A stretch of DNA of 64,000 bases from Nostoc sp. (GCA_036918135.1 JBALDB010000051.1:128001-192000), one strand, 5' to 3'. Positions 42,137 to 53,934 are shown, numbered from the stretch's first letter. Notes: generated by a model not told the origin, from the letters alone. Numbers and translations are program-made.

Positions 42137-43378
42137 TTAAGTAGTGTATTCTGCGTTAATCCTCACGTAGTCATAACTCAAATCACAACCCCAGGCTTTA
42201 GCTGTACCATAACCATTGCCAACACTAACAGAAATTAGGACTGTATCTTCTTGAAGATAAGCACCCACCGCTGCTTGTTTCAAATAGGCGCTGGCTGCTG
42301 CACGGTCAAATTGTAAGGGTTGCCCATTTTCTAACATTAAAAAATTCCCTAGCTTGATTTGCAGGTTTTCTTGCTCAAAAGGCACACCTGCACGTCCGGC
42401 AGCAGCGGCGATACGTCCCCAGTTGGGGTCATGTCCAAAGATTGCAGATTTAACTAAGGATGAACCAGCGATGGTTTTGGCTATTTGTCTGGCTGAGAAT
42501 TCATCAAGGGCGCCAGTTACTTCTACTTCTATCAGGCAGGTTGCACCTTCACCATCACGAGCGATCGCTTTGGCTAAATGCTGGCAAACTGCTGTTAACA
42601 TCGCTTCTAATCTCTCTGATTCTACGCCCACTTCTGTAATTGCTGGGGTGCGAGATTGACCGTTTGCCAAGGCGATTAAGCTATCGTTAGTACTGGTATC
42701 ACCATCCACGGTAATCGAATTAAAACTTCTATCAGCTGCCCTAGTTAACATCTGCTGCCAAAGATTTGGTGAAACGGCTGCGTCACAAGTCACAAATCCC
42801 AGCATAGTTGCCATGTTGGGGTGAATCATGCCGGAACCCTTGGCAATACCGCCAATCCGCACGGGGCGATCGCCTATAGTTGTCTCTAAGGCAATGGATT
42901 TTGTTACTAGATCTGTGGTGATAATTGCACTGGCAGCTGCATCTGAGCCTGTTTGGGATAGTGCTTCTACTAGCTTCGGAATCCCACTTCGCAAAGCATC
43001 CATTTTGATACGTTGACCAATCACCCCAGTAGACGCCAATAACACAGATTCAGACGGAATTTTTAGTGCTTGGGCTATTGCCATCCCCGATTCTAAGGCA
43101 TCAAACCAGCCTTGATTTCCTGTAGCGGCGTTTGCTTGCCCAGCGTTGCAAAGAATAGCACGAGCGCTATGTTTAGCTTGCAAGCGTTGGCGACAATATT
43201 CTACGCAAGCAGCTTTTACCTGACTAGTAGTGAATACACCAGCTGCGATCGCTTCTACATCTGAAAATATCAAAGCTAAATCTGGTAACCCCGAAGGCTT
43301 CAGTCCTGCGGTAATTCCTGCCGCCTGATACCCCCTTGGTGCTGTAATTCCACCTGTTATTTTTTGCCAATCTGCCAT
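42137..43378 (-). CDS. argJ: Bifunctional ornithine acetyltransferase/N-acetylglutamate synthase
   Basis: KGSGMIHPNMATML, DGDTSTND, DGEGAT and YVRINAEYTT. Confidence 0.97.
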   Translation of the reverse strand: MADWQKITGGITAPRGYQAAGITAGLKPSGLPDLALIFSDVEAIAAGVFTTSQVKAACVEYCRQRLQAKHSARAILCNAGQANAATGNQGWFDALESGMAIAQALKIPSESVLLASTGVIGQRIKMDALRSGIPKLVEALSQTGSDAAASAIITTDLVTKSIALETTIGDRPVRIGGIAKGSGMIHPNMATMLGFVTCDAAVSPNLWQQMLTRAADRSFNSITVDGDTSTNDSLIALANGQSRTPAITEVGVESERLEAMLTAVCQHLAKAIARDGEGATCLIEVEVTGALDEFSARQIAKTIAGSSLVKSAIFGHDPNWGRIAAAAGRAGVPFEQENLQIKLGNFLMLENGQPLQFDRAAASAYLKQAAVGAYLQEDTVLISVSVGNGYGTAKAWGCDLSYDYVRINAEYTT

Positions 43379-43582
43379 GATTCTTCCTTACAACTACTGA
43401 GTTATGAGTTAGGAGTTATGAATTAGGAGTTATGAATTATTCTCCTGACCTATGCGTCCTTACGTCTCCCCACTCCCTAGTTGCTTTTATTGTGAGTTTA
43501 TTTGCTGATGGCAATAAATAATAATGCACCACTTGACGATTAGCATAATTATTTTTACCTTTCTTATGACGAAAGACAAATG

Positions 43583-43675
43583 CAAAAAAGGAGAGCGACT
43601 TAAGTAGCTCTCCAGATCATCAGGGTGCATCTACTTACCAGAGCATACCATTTTATGTATGCGTGTTGTCACCAG
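43583..43675 (-). ncRNA. NsiR1-like small RNA with a 5' extension
   Basis: GTAGATGCACCCTG seed, GAGAGC.ACT/AGT.GCTCTC terminator with a T-run, and an upstream TCCCGG motif at 43705-43710. Confidence 0.55.
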
Positions 43676-43756
43676 TTTAATTATGAAGATTCTGTAAAGA
43701 AGCACCGGGAAAATACTTAGGTAATAGGGCATGGAGAAGAGGCTCCAGGGGCATTG

Positions 43757-43885
43757 AAAGTGTGGGAGGTGTGGGAGGTGTGGGAGGTGTGGAAGGATGG
43801 AGAAGAAATCTTGCCCCCCTCTCTCCCCACACTCCCCACACTTCCGCATCTTCTCATCTCCCCACACTCCCCCATCTCTCCACTC
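43757..43885. repeat. G-rich/C-rich bipartite intergenic repeat (family member 3)
   Basis: Repeated GTGTGGGAG arm, then the GAAATCTTGCCCCCCTCTCTCCCCACACTCCCC core. Confidence 0.75.
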
Positions 43886-43903
43886 TCAACTAATACTTAA
43901 GTA

Positions 43904-45379
43904 CTAGGCGTTGAGTTTTTTCTCAACCAATTCATTAGTCAGCTTCGGATCGGCACGTTTGCTTGTCTTTTTCAAAACTTGTCCGACGAAGAAGCCTTTG
44001 AGGTTGGTGTTACCGTTGCGATACTTTTCTAGTTCTTTGGGATTAGCGGCTATAACCTCATCAACGATGGGTTCGAGGACACTAGGATCGGCGATCAGTT
44101 CTTGTCCAGCAAAAGCTTTTTCCGGAGAAATACCATTGAGCAAATCTGGCAGTTTTTCTTTGGCTTGGGCGTTGCTAATTTTGCCCGTTTCAATTCTATT
44201 GATGATATCTGCTAAATTGTTGGGAGTCAGGGCGATTTCACTGATAGTGAGTTTTTGCTTATTAAGGTATGCGGCGATATCTTGAGTAATCCAGTTGGCG
44301 GCAGCTTTGGGATTTGCTCCAGCTTTAATAGCCGCTTCAAAATATTCCGATACAGGACGATCTTCTGTCAATACTCGCGCATCATAGGCCGAAAGTCCCA
44401 ATTCATTTTCGTAATGATGGCGTTTTTGGGCTGGTAGTTCTGGTAGTTCGCTGCGCCATGTTTCTAATTCTTCGTCTGACACCTCAATTGGCGCTAAATC
44501 TGGTTCGGGAAAGTAGCGGTAATCACTCGAACCTTCCTTCACCCGCATACTACTTGTACGTTGTGCGCCTTCTTCCCACAGACGAGTTTCTTGGATAATG
44601 CGATCGCCTGCTTCGATAGCTACGATTTGGCGCTCAATTTCGTAGTCAATCGCCCGTTGGATAGCGCTAAATGAGTTCATGTTTTTAATTTCTACTTTCG
44701 TGCCAAACTTCTCTTGTCCCACTGGACGCACAGAAATGTTGACATCGCAACGTAAAGATCCTTCTTGCATGTTGCCATCGCTAACACCGAGATAGCGCAC
44801 AATCCGGCGTAGTTCTTGGGCATATTCAGCAGCTTCGAGTCCAGAACGCATGTCTGGTTCTGAGACAATTTCTACTAATGGTACACCTGCACGATTGTAG
44901 TCCACTAGAGAATAAGCAGAACCAGAAAGGCGATCGCTGCCTGCATGTACTAATTTTCCGGCATCTTCCTCCATGTGCAAACGCGTAATACCAATGCGTT
45001 TGCGATTAGGGTTACCCTCAGCATCTACCAACTCAATTTCTAACCAACCATGTTCGGCGATCGGCAGGTCATATTGAGAAATTTGGTAATTTTTTGGTAA
45101 ATCTGGATAAAAATACTGTTTACGGTCAAATTTACTATATTTAGCTATCTGACAATTCAGTGCCAAACCTGCTTTGACAGCATATTCTAATACCTTTTGA
45201 TTTAGTACAGGTAAAACCCCAGGTAAACCCATACAAACTGGGTCGATGTTAGTATTGGGGTCAGCACCAAACGCTGTAGAGCTAGTAGAGAAAATCTTGC
45301 TATTAGTACTGAGTTGACAATGGGTTTCTAGACCAATAATCGCTTCGTACTCAGTTTTTACAGTTGTAGCAGAGGTCAT
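43904..45379 (-). CDS. gatB: Asp-tRNA(Asn)/Glu-tRNA(Gln) amidotransferase subunit B
   Basis: IGLETHCQL, FDRKQYFYPDLPK.YQISQ, HMEEDAGK and YRYFPEPDL. Confidence 0.98.
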   Translation of the reverse strand: MTSATTVKTEYEAIIGLETHCQLSTNSKIFSTSSTAFGADPNTNIDPVCMGLPGVLPVLNQKVLEYAVKAGLALNCQIAKYSKFDRKQYFYPDLPKNYQISQYDLPIAEHGWLEIELVDAEGNPNRKRIGITRLHMEEDAGKLVHAGSDRLSGSAYSLVDYNRAGVPLVEIVSEPDMRSGLEAAEYAQELRRIVRYLGVSDGNMQEGSLRCDVNISVRPVGQEKFGTKVEIKNMNSFSAIQRAIDYEIERQIVAIEAGDRIIQETRLWEEGAQRTSSMRVKEGSSDYRYFPEPDLAPIEVSDEELETWRSELPELPAQKRHHYENELGLSAYDARVLTEDRPVSEYFEAAIKAGANPKAAANWITQDIAAYLNKQKLTISEIALTPNNLADIINRIETGKISNAQAKEKLPDLLNGISPEKAFAGQELIADPSVLEPIVDEVIAANPKELEKYRNGNTNLKGFFVGQVLKKTSKRADPKLTNELVEKKLNA

Positions 45380-45911
45380 AATATCACTAATTTGGGCATA
45401 ATCCTTCCTAGTGGTACTATTGTAGCGGCGTCTGGAGTTGCCCTGAAGACGGTTATTTGGGTGAATTATCCTGACTTAAAAAAACTTAGTCAAGTGTTTG
45501 TCATTAGTTATTGGCGATCAATTATTAACAAACGAGGAAACCTAACAGCTTAATATCATATATTTCTACTATATAAATGTTTCTCAAGGATTAGTTTGGC
45601 ATTTCTTTGCAATACTTAACTACTTTCTAATTAAAAAAGGTTAACATAGATTAAAAATAATAAATAACATCATAATTTATTAAGTTTATCAAGCTAAATT
45701 GAGAGTATGCTTAATCATTAGAAGTCTAGTTGAAAAATTAAGTAATTAGGTGCAAACAAAATTAAATATTTCTCTTAATGTTTTATAGTAATAAAACAAA
45801 ATTTATTTGTGCCAACTTACTAACTAGATTATCAAATAAGACGGTGAAAATCCAATTGAGAGCAAGTACTCATAGCGAGAACAAAAGTAAACTTAACAAC
45901 AATCACGTAAG

Positions 45912-46763
45912 ATGATACAAAAAATTTTGCTGGCTGTATCGGGATTGGGACATGCAGAAGAAATGCTCAAAACCCTCAAAGAAATCCCTTCAATTCAATC
46001 TGCAAAAGTTACAATTTTGCATGTTGTTCCTGCAAAAAGTACTGCTGCTACCATGACAGCTAAATGGGAAGATGGCGGGAAAATTTTGGCTAATGCCATT
46101 CAAACTTTAAATTTAGACCCTAGCCAGGTTTCTTCAATTTTGCGCCAAGGTGACCCTAAAGATGTGGTTTGTCAAGTAGCTGATGAAATTGATGCTGATT
46201 TAATTATTATGGGTTCACGCGGACTCAAGCGGCTACAATCTATTTTATCGAACTCGGTCAGTCAGTATGTTTTTCAGCTATCTTCTCGCCCCATGTTGCT
46301 GGTGAAAGATGACATTTATGTCAAAAGAATTAAGCGCATTATGGTGGCAATAGACAATTCGGATGCAGCAAAAAACTGCTTGAAGTTGGCACTGTTTTTA
46401 CTGCGAGATATTCAGGGCGGTGAGTTGATTTTAGCAAATATTAGCACAGATTTTGGCGGTAAAAAATCAGAAATAACTCAGGTTACTTCCGATAAAAATC
46501 CAGTTTTGGCAGCCGCAGTTACAGAAGCTCAAAAATTAGGCATCCAACCTCGTTGTTATATCAGCAGTGGCAAACCAGGTGAAGAAATTTGTCGGTTAGC
46601 AGAGCAGTTGAATGTAGACTTATTATTACTCGGTTCTCCAGATCGCCGTCCATCGATCGCTAAGACTTTTGTTGATATAGACCGACTCATTGGCGCTTCT
46701 TTGTCTGATTACGTTCGCGTCAATGCCACTTGTCCAGTACTATTAGCGCGAACCATCGCTTAA
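45912..46763 (+). CDS. Tandem universal stress protein
   Basis: Two USP domains (GDPKDVVC..ADLIIMGSRG; GKPGEEIC...CPVLL). Confidence 0.9.
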   Translation: MIQKILLAVSGLGHAEEMLKTLKEIPSIQSAKVTILHVVPAKSTAATMTAKWEDGGKILANAIQTLNLDPSQVSSILRQGDPKDVVCQVADEIDADLIIMGSRGLKRLQSILSNSVSQYVFQLSSRPMLLVKDDIYVKRIKRIMVAIDNSDAAKNCLKLALFLLRDIQGGELILANISTDFGGKKSEITQVTSDKNPVLAAAVTEAQKLGIQPRCYISSGKPGEEICRLAEQLNVDLLLLGSPDRRPSIAKTFVDIDRLIGASLSDYVRVNATCPVLLARTIA

Positions 46764-46840
46764 GATAAACGCTGCTGAGTATCAGTTTTGTACTTAGATA
46801 GGAAGCAAGCCAGATTGGTCTCTACAACTAGGCAGGTTGA

Positions 46841-46972
46841 TACAGCAGTTTTCGTTTACATCAAGTCCAAAGTCACAGGTTTTGAGGCAGGAGGCAGAAG
46901 CCAGAAAGAATAAACAATAATTAGAGTTTTGAATTCTCAGTTTTGTAGCTCATCAACCTGCAATACGCTGTA
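46841..46972. mobile_element. MITE-like element (TACAGC...GCTGTA ends)
   Basis: Short terminal inverted repeats with internal GGCAGGAGGCAG heptamer repeats. Confidence 0.45.
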
Positions 46973-47025
46973 AACAAAAACCCCTACAGTGTTAATGCAG
47001 GGGCATTTATTTTATACACGAACTC

Positions 47026-47142
47026 TTAACTATCTTTTCCACCTTCGCGGCTAGCAGTTTGGATGTACAGAATTAATAAAAACACAGTGGGTACAAGTAC
47101 GAACAAAATGCTCGCTACGAACCCCAGGTCATTAACTTGCAT
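47026..47142 (-). CDS. psbM: Photosystem II reaction centre protein M (absent from the ORF track)
   Basis: Manual translation: [38 protein letters not shown]. Confidence 0.96.
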   Translation of the reverse strand: MQVNDLGFVASILFVLVPTVFLLILYIQTASREGGKDS

Positions 47143-47256
47143 GGCAAGAAAGCCTCTCTTAAATTTCCAATCAACAACATTAGGATATCATCGATGACAG
47201 AGTTAGCTCAAATTTTTTACTTGCTTAAATGCTAGCCACGCATAATTCTAAAAAAC

Positions 47257-47553
47257 TTAAGGCTTTGTAACCACACTCACAGCGCCATTTACTAAAGTTT
47301 GACAAGCAAGCCGATAATTTTCCGGCTTTTTCTTTAATTTTCGGTTCTCTACATCTGTGCGGGGGGAAAGATTCTGTTGTCCTTCCACTATCTCAACAAT
47401 GCAAGTGCCACACTGACCATAGCCACCGCAATTTGTCATCTTGCCAATCAATGTATATATATCAATGTTATTTTCCATCGCTTTGAGCCGGAGATTTGCA
47501 CCATCTGCCGCCACTACTTCTTTATTTTCTTTAACAAATTTGATATTACCCAT
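47257..47553 (-). CDS. 2Fe-2S ferredoxin-like protein
   Basis: [11 protein letters not shown]...RLACQ; ATG at 47553 after a GGAG RBS. Confidence 0.9.
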   Translation of the reverse strand: MGNIKFVKENKEVVAADGANLRLKAMENNIDIYTLIGKMTNCGGYGQCGTCIVEIVEGQQNLSPRTDVENRKLKKKPENYRLACQTLVNGAVSVVTKP

Positions 47554-47690
47554 AGCTGATTCCTCCTTGAGTGTAAGCTTGGCTTTCAAGGCATCATATT
47601 GACATGGCTTGATTCATACCTTACTAATTATAATAATTCATTACAAAATATTAATAAATGTTAATTTTACAAACATGATGCCACAAAAAT

Positions 47691-47713
47691 AGGACAGGCA
47701 TAGTACCTGTCCT
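47691..47713 (-). terminator. Intrinsic terminator of psbK
   Basis: AGGACAGG/CCTGTCCT stem followed by ATTTTTG on the minus strand. Confidence 0.6.
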
Positions 47714-47739
47714 CAGTAAAAATTGCAAAGCAAATTAAC

Positions 47740-47877
47740 TTACCTAAATCCCACGGCTGCTTGCCAAACGAAAGCAAGCAACAAGAAGAATACGGGGATA
47801 ACTGGGAGAACATCCACTAAAGGATCGAAGATTTGGTAAGCTTCAGGCAGTTTTGCTAATAAAAGTGCTGCTTCCAT
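47740..47877 (-). CDS. psbK: Photosystem II reaction centre protein K (absent from the ORF track)
   Basis: Manual translation: [45 protein letters not shown]. Confidence 0.97.
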
Positions 47878-48052
47878 GTTTGTTTAAATCCACCTATCCA
47901 ACACAGCGTTAATAATTGAGAAATATCTTAACATGGTTTGGTCATTGACCATTTGTCATTAGTCATTGGTCATTGGGAGTGTTGACTGATGACTGATGAG
48001 TTAAGAATTATTTTGTTTGTCCCCTTGTCTTCCCACCTCCTCATCTCCCCAT

Positions 48053-49201
<1,149 letters not shown>

Positions 49202-49499
49202 CTACACAATATAGGGGCAAATTAGAAATTGCCCCTACATTAATAAAGCCCAGCCTCACATAGAATTGCGATAACACTTGCTAAGCTAATGTGCGTCCAA
49301 GCTACATATTCTCTACTTAAGACCCTCCTTTGTCCAAAGTCCAATTGGTAATAACAAAGAACAGCCTTCATCAGTTGTTATACAATATTAAATATCTTTT
49401 AATTTATTTAAGGGACTGAAAAATAAAAAATATCCCATTGTTCATAGTTAACAGCTATCACTTCAAACGGGATAATTTATTTCTTGAAGTTCTCTATCT

Positions 49500-49952
49500 T
49501 TAAAAAGAATCAGAACAGTCATCATCCATTTCTGCATCCCATCTAGCTGAGAGTACTTGCTCCATCATCGCTTCTATGGCACTGACATTGAAGCTTCTTT
49601 CTCTTCGCTCTTGCAAAGGAGTTGACCGAGGAATTAACCGTAAACACACTCCTTCTTGTATCAAATTAAAGTATGTTTCTTGCTGGGATGACTGTTTAAG
49701 TTCTAAATAATCAAAACTACAAACATTCAAATATAAGGCGTGGTTAGCGACTAAGGTAGACCTTTGCGGATTAGCAAAAACTTCCATCACATCCCCCTCA
49801 CCCTCACTCAGTACCTTGTCTTCTTGGGTGTAGATGTAGTGGACTCGACCTAAATCTGTCAGTAATCGCCGCATGTCGAGCTTATTCACAATGATGCCCG
49901 CATTCACAATGCACGGAGCTAATATTCTGGTGTCAGGTAGATGGTGACTCAT
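49500..49952 (-). CDS. Conserved cyanobacterial hypothetical protein
   Basis: ORF MSHHLPD...; the start was set at the internal ATG. Confidence 0.65.
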   Translation of the reverse strand: MSHHLPDTRILAPCIVNAGIIVNKLDMRRLLTDLGRVHYIYTQEDKVLSEGEGDVMEVFANPQRSTLVANHALYLNVCSFDYLELKQSSQQETYFNLIQEGVCLRLIPRSTPLQERRERSFNVSAIEAMMEQVLSARWDAEMDDDCSDSF

Positions 49953-50066
49953 AGGGAAATAGCGATTGAGCAAGGGAAAGTAACAACATAGTTGAACAGT
50001 CAAATTAAGTAGCCTTGTTTACTCCCTATTTTTAAAAAAATATCAATTTTCTGGGGTTATTGTCTA

Positions 50067-50595
50067 TTGACACTCTCCCAAATTTGATTCGGGAGGTTCT
50101 TGAATCAAAGAGTTCACTAGATTAGGTTCCTTGCGTCACCTAAGCTAGAGGTAGTTCTTTCTCCAAGTTTTGACTTGCCGCCGCAGGGGCGGTAGTTTGT
50201 TGTTAAATACTATTCATCTAGTTCCCGTGAAGATTTAACCTATTCCTGGGAAGGCAGCAGAGTGAATGAGTTCCTCAGCATAAAGGAGCCAGCGCTGTGG
50301 ACGGGTTTCCCGACTTGTTCGCGCAGCGTCTTTGATAGGAGAGGCGACTGGCGTCAACTGCCGTCAAAAACTAGAACTATGGAATAGAACCCCATATCTT
50401 CAATTGTCAAGGTACAAAACGGCAGTTGCTCTAGAGGGTATCCCAAGATCACACTGCCCTACTTGTAAGGTAGTATTAGGGTTTTTTAAGTGGTTGATTA
50501 GTTTTACCACTATTTGTATTTTACCATGTTGACGCTTTCTTAAAATCTGCGTTAGTGCTGCATTTCTAATTTCAAGATATGGAGTTTCGCATCTA
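50067..50595 (-). mobile_element. Probable non-autonomous IS200/IS605-family remnant (no transposase)
   Basis: The minus strand ends in a subterminal hairpin CTCCC...GGGAG followed by AGTGTCAA (TCAA right-end motif). The preceding sequence resembles tnpB 3' ends. The left boundary is approximate. Confidence 0.5.
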
Positions 50596-50864
50596 TAGCT
50601 CAGGGCGATAATCTAAAGTAAGTTCTTTGTTCAGCAATACAAAATACGAATTTACTCCTTGATAGAATTGTAATGTTTTCAAATAATATATTTGTATTAT
50701 ATAGTACTTATAACTTATGAGTTACCACTGAAATTTAGCATAACAAAATTTTCAGGGAGAATCTCTAATAGAAGTAAATCTTATCTAAAGCTTTAAAGTC
50801 TACTGATGTGAGTTGTACTGAAACCGAGACTAGTATCCAGCAACTAACTATTAATTTAACTCAA

Positions 50865-51638
50865 ATGAGCGAACAGCACCAATGGTGGAAAAACCTGCTG
50901 TTAAAAATAGCAGCAAGTATTATATTTTACACAATAATCCCCCTGCCGTATTTGAATGAATTAGACTTTCGAGGGGTAGCACGTCTTGCTTCAACTGTAG
51001 GATTGCTAATTGGGATAATTTTAGGGTTATTGGATACAGGGATGAATTACATTGGTATACCAGTGCTAACTCGTAGTGCTTTGGTAGTAAGTATTTGGAT
51101 TGCTATAACTGGAGGACTGCACCTAGATGGGGCAATGGATACTGCTGACGGCTTAGCAGTAGGCGATCGAGATCGACGATTGGAGGTGATGGCAGATAGT
51201 GCTACAGGTGCTTTCGGGGCAATGGCAGCGATCGCCTTAGTACTATTAAAGATAACAGCCTTAACGGATATCCCAAACAACCGTTGGCTGGTATTGATGG
51301 CTGCTTGTGGTTGGGGACGCTGGGGACAGCAGGTAGCGATCGCTCGATATCCTTACCTCAAACCAACTGGCAAAGGTGCCTTTCACAAACAAGCCATTCG
51401 TTCTCACAAAGATTTGTTACCAGGATTATTGTTGCTATTGGGTTTGAGTGGTTTAGTGTGGCTGATGGATAAACAGCAGTTATTTTTGGCAATAGGAATG
51501 ATAGTAGCTGGAAGTGCGATCGCCACTTTCACAGCTGCCTGGTTCAACTACAAATTAGGCGGACACACAGGAGATACCTACGGCGCAGTTGTTGAGTGGA
51601 CTGAAGCCTTATTTCTGTGTGTACTGACCGCTTTTTAG
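50865..51638 (+). CDS. cobS: Adenosylcobinamide-GDP ribazoletransferase (cobalamin synthase)
   Basis: [25 protein letters not shown] and [10 protein letters not shown]. Confidence 0.95.
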   Translation: MSEQHQWWKNLLLKIAASIIFYTIIPLPYLNELDFRGVARLASTVGLLIGIILGLLDTGMNYIGIPVLTRSALVVSIWIAITGGLHLDGAMDTADGLAVGDRDRRLEVMADSATGAFGAMAAIALVLLKITALTDIPNNRWLVLMAACGWGRWGQQVAIARYPYLKPTGKGAFHKQAIRSHKDLLPGLLLLLGLSGLVWLMDKQQLFLAIGMIVAGSAIATFTAAWFNYKLGGHTGDTYGAVVEWTEALFLCVLTAF

Positions 51639-51639
51639 A

Positions 51640-51834
51640 GACTGGGGACTGGAAGTGTGGGAGGTTTTGGAGGTGTGGGAGGATGGGGAACAAATGCAGG
51701 TGTGGGAGGATGGGGAACAAATCTTGCCCCCCTCTCTCCCCACACTCCCCCATCTGGTCATCTTTTCCTCCCTCTCTCCCCACACTCCCCACACTCCCCC
51801 ATCCCCTCATCTCCCCATTGCCCCCAATCCCACT
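51640..51834. repeat. G-rich/C-rich bipartite intergenic repeat (family member 4)
   Basis: Duplicated GGTGTGGGAGGATGGGGAACAAAT arm and the AAATCTTGCCCCCCTCTCTCCCCACACTCCCC core. Confidence 0.75.
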
Positions 51835-52299
51835 TCATTTAATCGGTTGCAACTTTGTTACCTTAAGCTTAAATGGCCCAACCCCAGTTTCTCCAAAAGA
51901 GCGGACGCGAATAACATAAGTCCCTGTCTCTACAATCCGAGTAAATAGTAGAGAATTGCTACTACCATCAGGGCCATCATCATTTTCTGCCAAAGTTGAA
52001 CCATCAGGTGACAGCAGTGTGATAATGCTGTCAAAGCTTTCAGATGAGAGGTCAACTGCTAAATTATCGCCCTTTTGTAGCTTGACTGCGTAATCACGAG
52101 CAAACCCACCTTGACCTGTAGGAATATCTTTGTCCGAAAGGCTATCGTCAATTTCAGTACTGTTAGATACAACAATTGGACTATACAACTTATTTTGAGC
52201 AAAAGCTGCACTTGTACTTATACTTATTGCCATTAACGTAGCAGAAACCATCCACAACTGTTTTAAACCCACCCTAAAAGCTTTATTCATACATTTCAA
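51835..52299 (-). CDS. PPC (pre-peptidase C-terminal) domain secreted protein
   Basis: Signal peptide AAFAQ; SESFDS..TLL.PDG..LAENDD...GTYVIRV. Confidence 0.85.
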   Translation of the reverse strand: MKCMNKAFRVGLKQLWMVSATLMAISISTSAAFAQNKLYSPIVVSNSTEIDDSLSDKDIPTGQGGFARDYAVKLQKGDNLAVDLSSESFDSIITLLSPDGSTLAENDDGPDGSSNSLLFTRIVETGTYVIRVRSFGETGVGPFKLKVTKLQPIK

Positions 52300-52362
52300 G
52301 CAATTTTTCCATAAAAATACGGTAATTTGGTCACTTATAGGCTTTTGTGTCCAAGTTGCCCA

Positions 52363-53052
52363 TTAATTCTTAATTGAGCCGTCTTTGACGGTAGTGGCTA
52401 CTGCTACTAGTCCTAAGACTACAATTCCATACTCCCGAAGTGTTTGCACAGCAGATCTGGCAGTAGCACCAGTAGTATAAATGTCGTCCACTAACAGTAC
52501 TGGGACATTTGGGTAACTATAGCGAAATTCTTGACTAACAGCAAAAGCTGTCTTCAAGTTTTGTTCTCGTTGAGATACTGATAAACCAAATTGTGCTTCA
52601 GTTTGTCGCACTCTTGTTAAACCATTTCGTTTCAATTTTAATCCAGTTATTTGGCAGAAGCTTTGTCCTATGAGTGCAGCTTGATTATATTTACGTTGCT
52701 TTTGCTTGCTAGCATGGAGTGGAATAGGAATTACTATAGGTTGGCTATCCCGTCTCGGTGAATTCAACAACCATGCTTCCCCTAACCATTGACCCAAAGG
52801 ACGAGCTATTTGGGGTTGATTTTCGTATTTCATCGCGGCTATTGCCCTTTTGACTATACCCCCATACTCACCCCAGCTAAACACTGGTAGTGGTTCTTGC
52901 CACTGAGAAACCGGATTTTGACGTTGACATTTTCGTAGTTGTTTAGTGCAATTGTCACAGAATTCTTGGGAAGTTGAGCGTTTGCATAGGGGGCAATGGG
53001 ATTGGAGAAAAAGATTAAGTAAGCTTGTGAGATTTTGAGCCAAAGTGTGCAT
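52363..53052 (-). CDS. comF: ComF-family phosphoribosyltransferase-like competence protein
   Basis: CPLC..C..C zinc ribbon, PIPLH, R.YNQA and LLVDDIYTTGAT. Confidence 0.9.
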   Translation of the reverse strand: MHTLAQNLTSLLNLFLQSHCPLCKRSTSQEFCDNCTKQLRKCQRQNPVSQWQEPLPVFSWGEYGGIVKRAIAAMKYENQPQIARPLGQWLGEAWLLNSPRRDSQPIVIPIPLHASKQKQRKYNQAALIGQSFCQITGLKLKRNGLTRVRQTEAQFGLSVSQREQNLKTAFAVSQEFRYSYPNVPVLLVDDIYTTGATARSAVQTLREYGIVVLGLVAVATTVKDGSIKN

Positions 53053-53104
53053 TTAGAATTATCCTTTGTCATTTGTCCAAAGTCTAATGACCAATGACCA
53101 ATGA

Positions 53105-53596
53105 CTAATGACCATTGACTAATGACTTAAAATAGACACGATCGCAGCGTTTTGTTTCTACTCCCGTTGCTGGTTTGTAGCCGTTGCTTTCATACAGCTT
53201 GACTGCTTCCACCAAAACACTGGCGGTTTCAATCCAAATTTGCTCAAAACCACGTTCTGCGATCGCTGCTTCTAGCTGTTGTAACAAAAATTTCCCCAAT
53301 CCTAAACCCCTAATGCTGGGCAAAAGATACATTTTGCGGATTTCTACAGCTTTTTGTCCGCGTTCTATGGGATAGTATGCCCCAGTACCTACTAATTGGC
53401 TTTGGTGTTCGATTACCCAAAACTCGCCGCCAGTAGCTAAATAAGATTCCTCTACTTGCAGCACGTCTCGGTCAGCACCATTTGGTTCCCAACCCAAACC
53501 GTATTCTGATAATACATAACTGATTACTTGGACAGCTCTTGTGCGATCGCTTTCCACCCAATTACGAATTAAAAACTCTTGATAATATTTTTCCAT
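53105..53596 (-). CDS. GNAT N-acetyltransferase
   Basis: EIRKMYLLPSIRGLGLG and A.KLYE.NGY. Confidence 0.9.
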   Translation of the reverse strand: MEKYYQEFLIRNWVESDRTRAVQVISYVLSEYGLGWEPNGADRDVLQVEESYLATGGEFWVIEHQSQLVGTGAYYPIERGQKAVEIRKMYLLPSIRGLGLGKFLLQQLEAAIAERGFEQIWIETASVLVEAVKLYESNGYKPATGVETKRCDRVYFKSLVNGH

Positions 53597-53877
53597 ACCA
53601 TTTACTGGTCAAGTTTACCCAGAAAATTTTTCTGGTTCTATATCCCAATTTACTCAGCAAATAGCTTTTCTGGCAGAGTCTAGTTGTGGCGCTGCGAAAT
53701 TAAAGTATGAATTGACATTTTTCGATATGACTAAACAACGATTCTTTGAGCCTTTGCACAGTAGTCCCTCATAGGAAGCCAGTTCCCTACAAAGAGAAAC
53801 CTAAGGACTGAACTCACTGTGCTGCCTTGAAAAGCCCTGAGACTAAGGGACTTCTAGAGAATAAAATATACAGTTAC

Positions 53878-53898
53878 TTAAAATGATTATCATTTTAA
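53878..53898. promoter_or_regulatory. Fur-box-like perfect palindrome
   Basis: TTAAAATGAT-T-ATCATTTTAA (10-1-10 inverted repeat containing AATGATAATCATT). A second, one-mismatch copy lies at 54043-54055. Confidence 0.6.
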
Positions 53899-53904
53899 GA
53901 GGAT

Positions 53905-53934
53905 AAAAGCGGTTGCCAACAATAACCGCTTTTT
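53905..53934. terminator. Bidirectional intrinsic terminator-like hairpin
   Basis: AAAAGCGGTT-N9-AACCGCTTTT. Confidence 0.65.

Noticed and set aside
51544..51948. Cluster of short Pro/His/Gly-rich ORFs (also at 28743-28989, 30536-30920, 43631-43867)
   Set aside because: These are translations of the G/C-rich intergenic repeats and overlap real genes.
53760..53860. IsaR1 sRNA or a known riboswitch
   Set aside because: Only a short ACAGTG resemblance is present; I could not match the conserved motifs of IsaR1 or any riboswitch I recognise.
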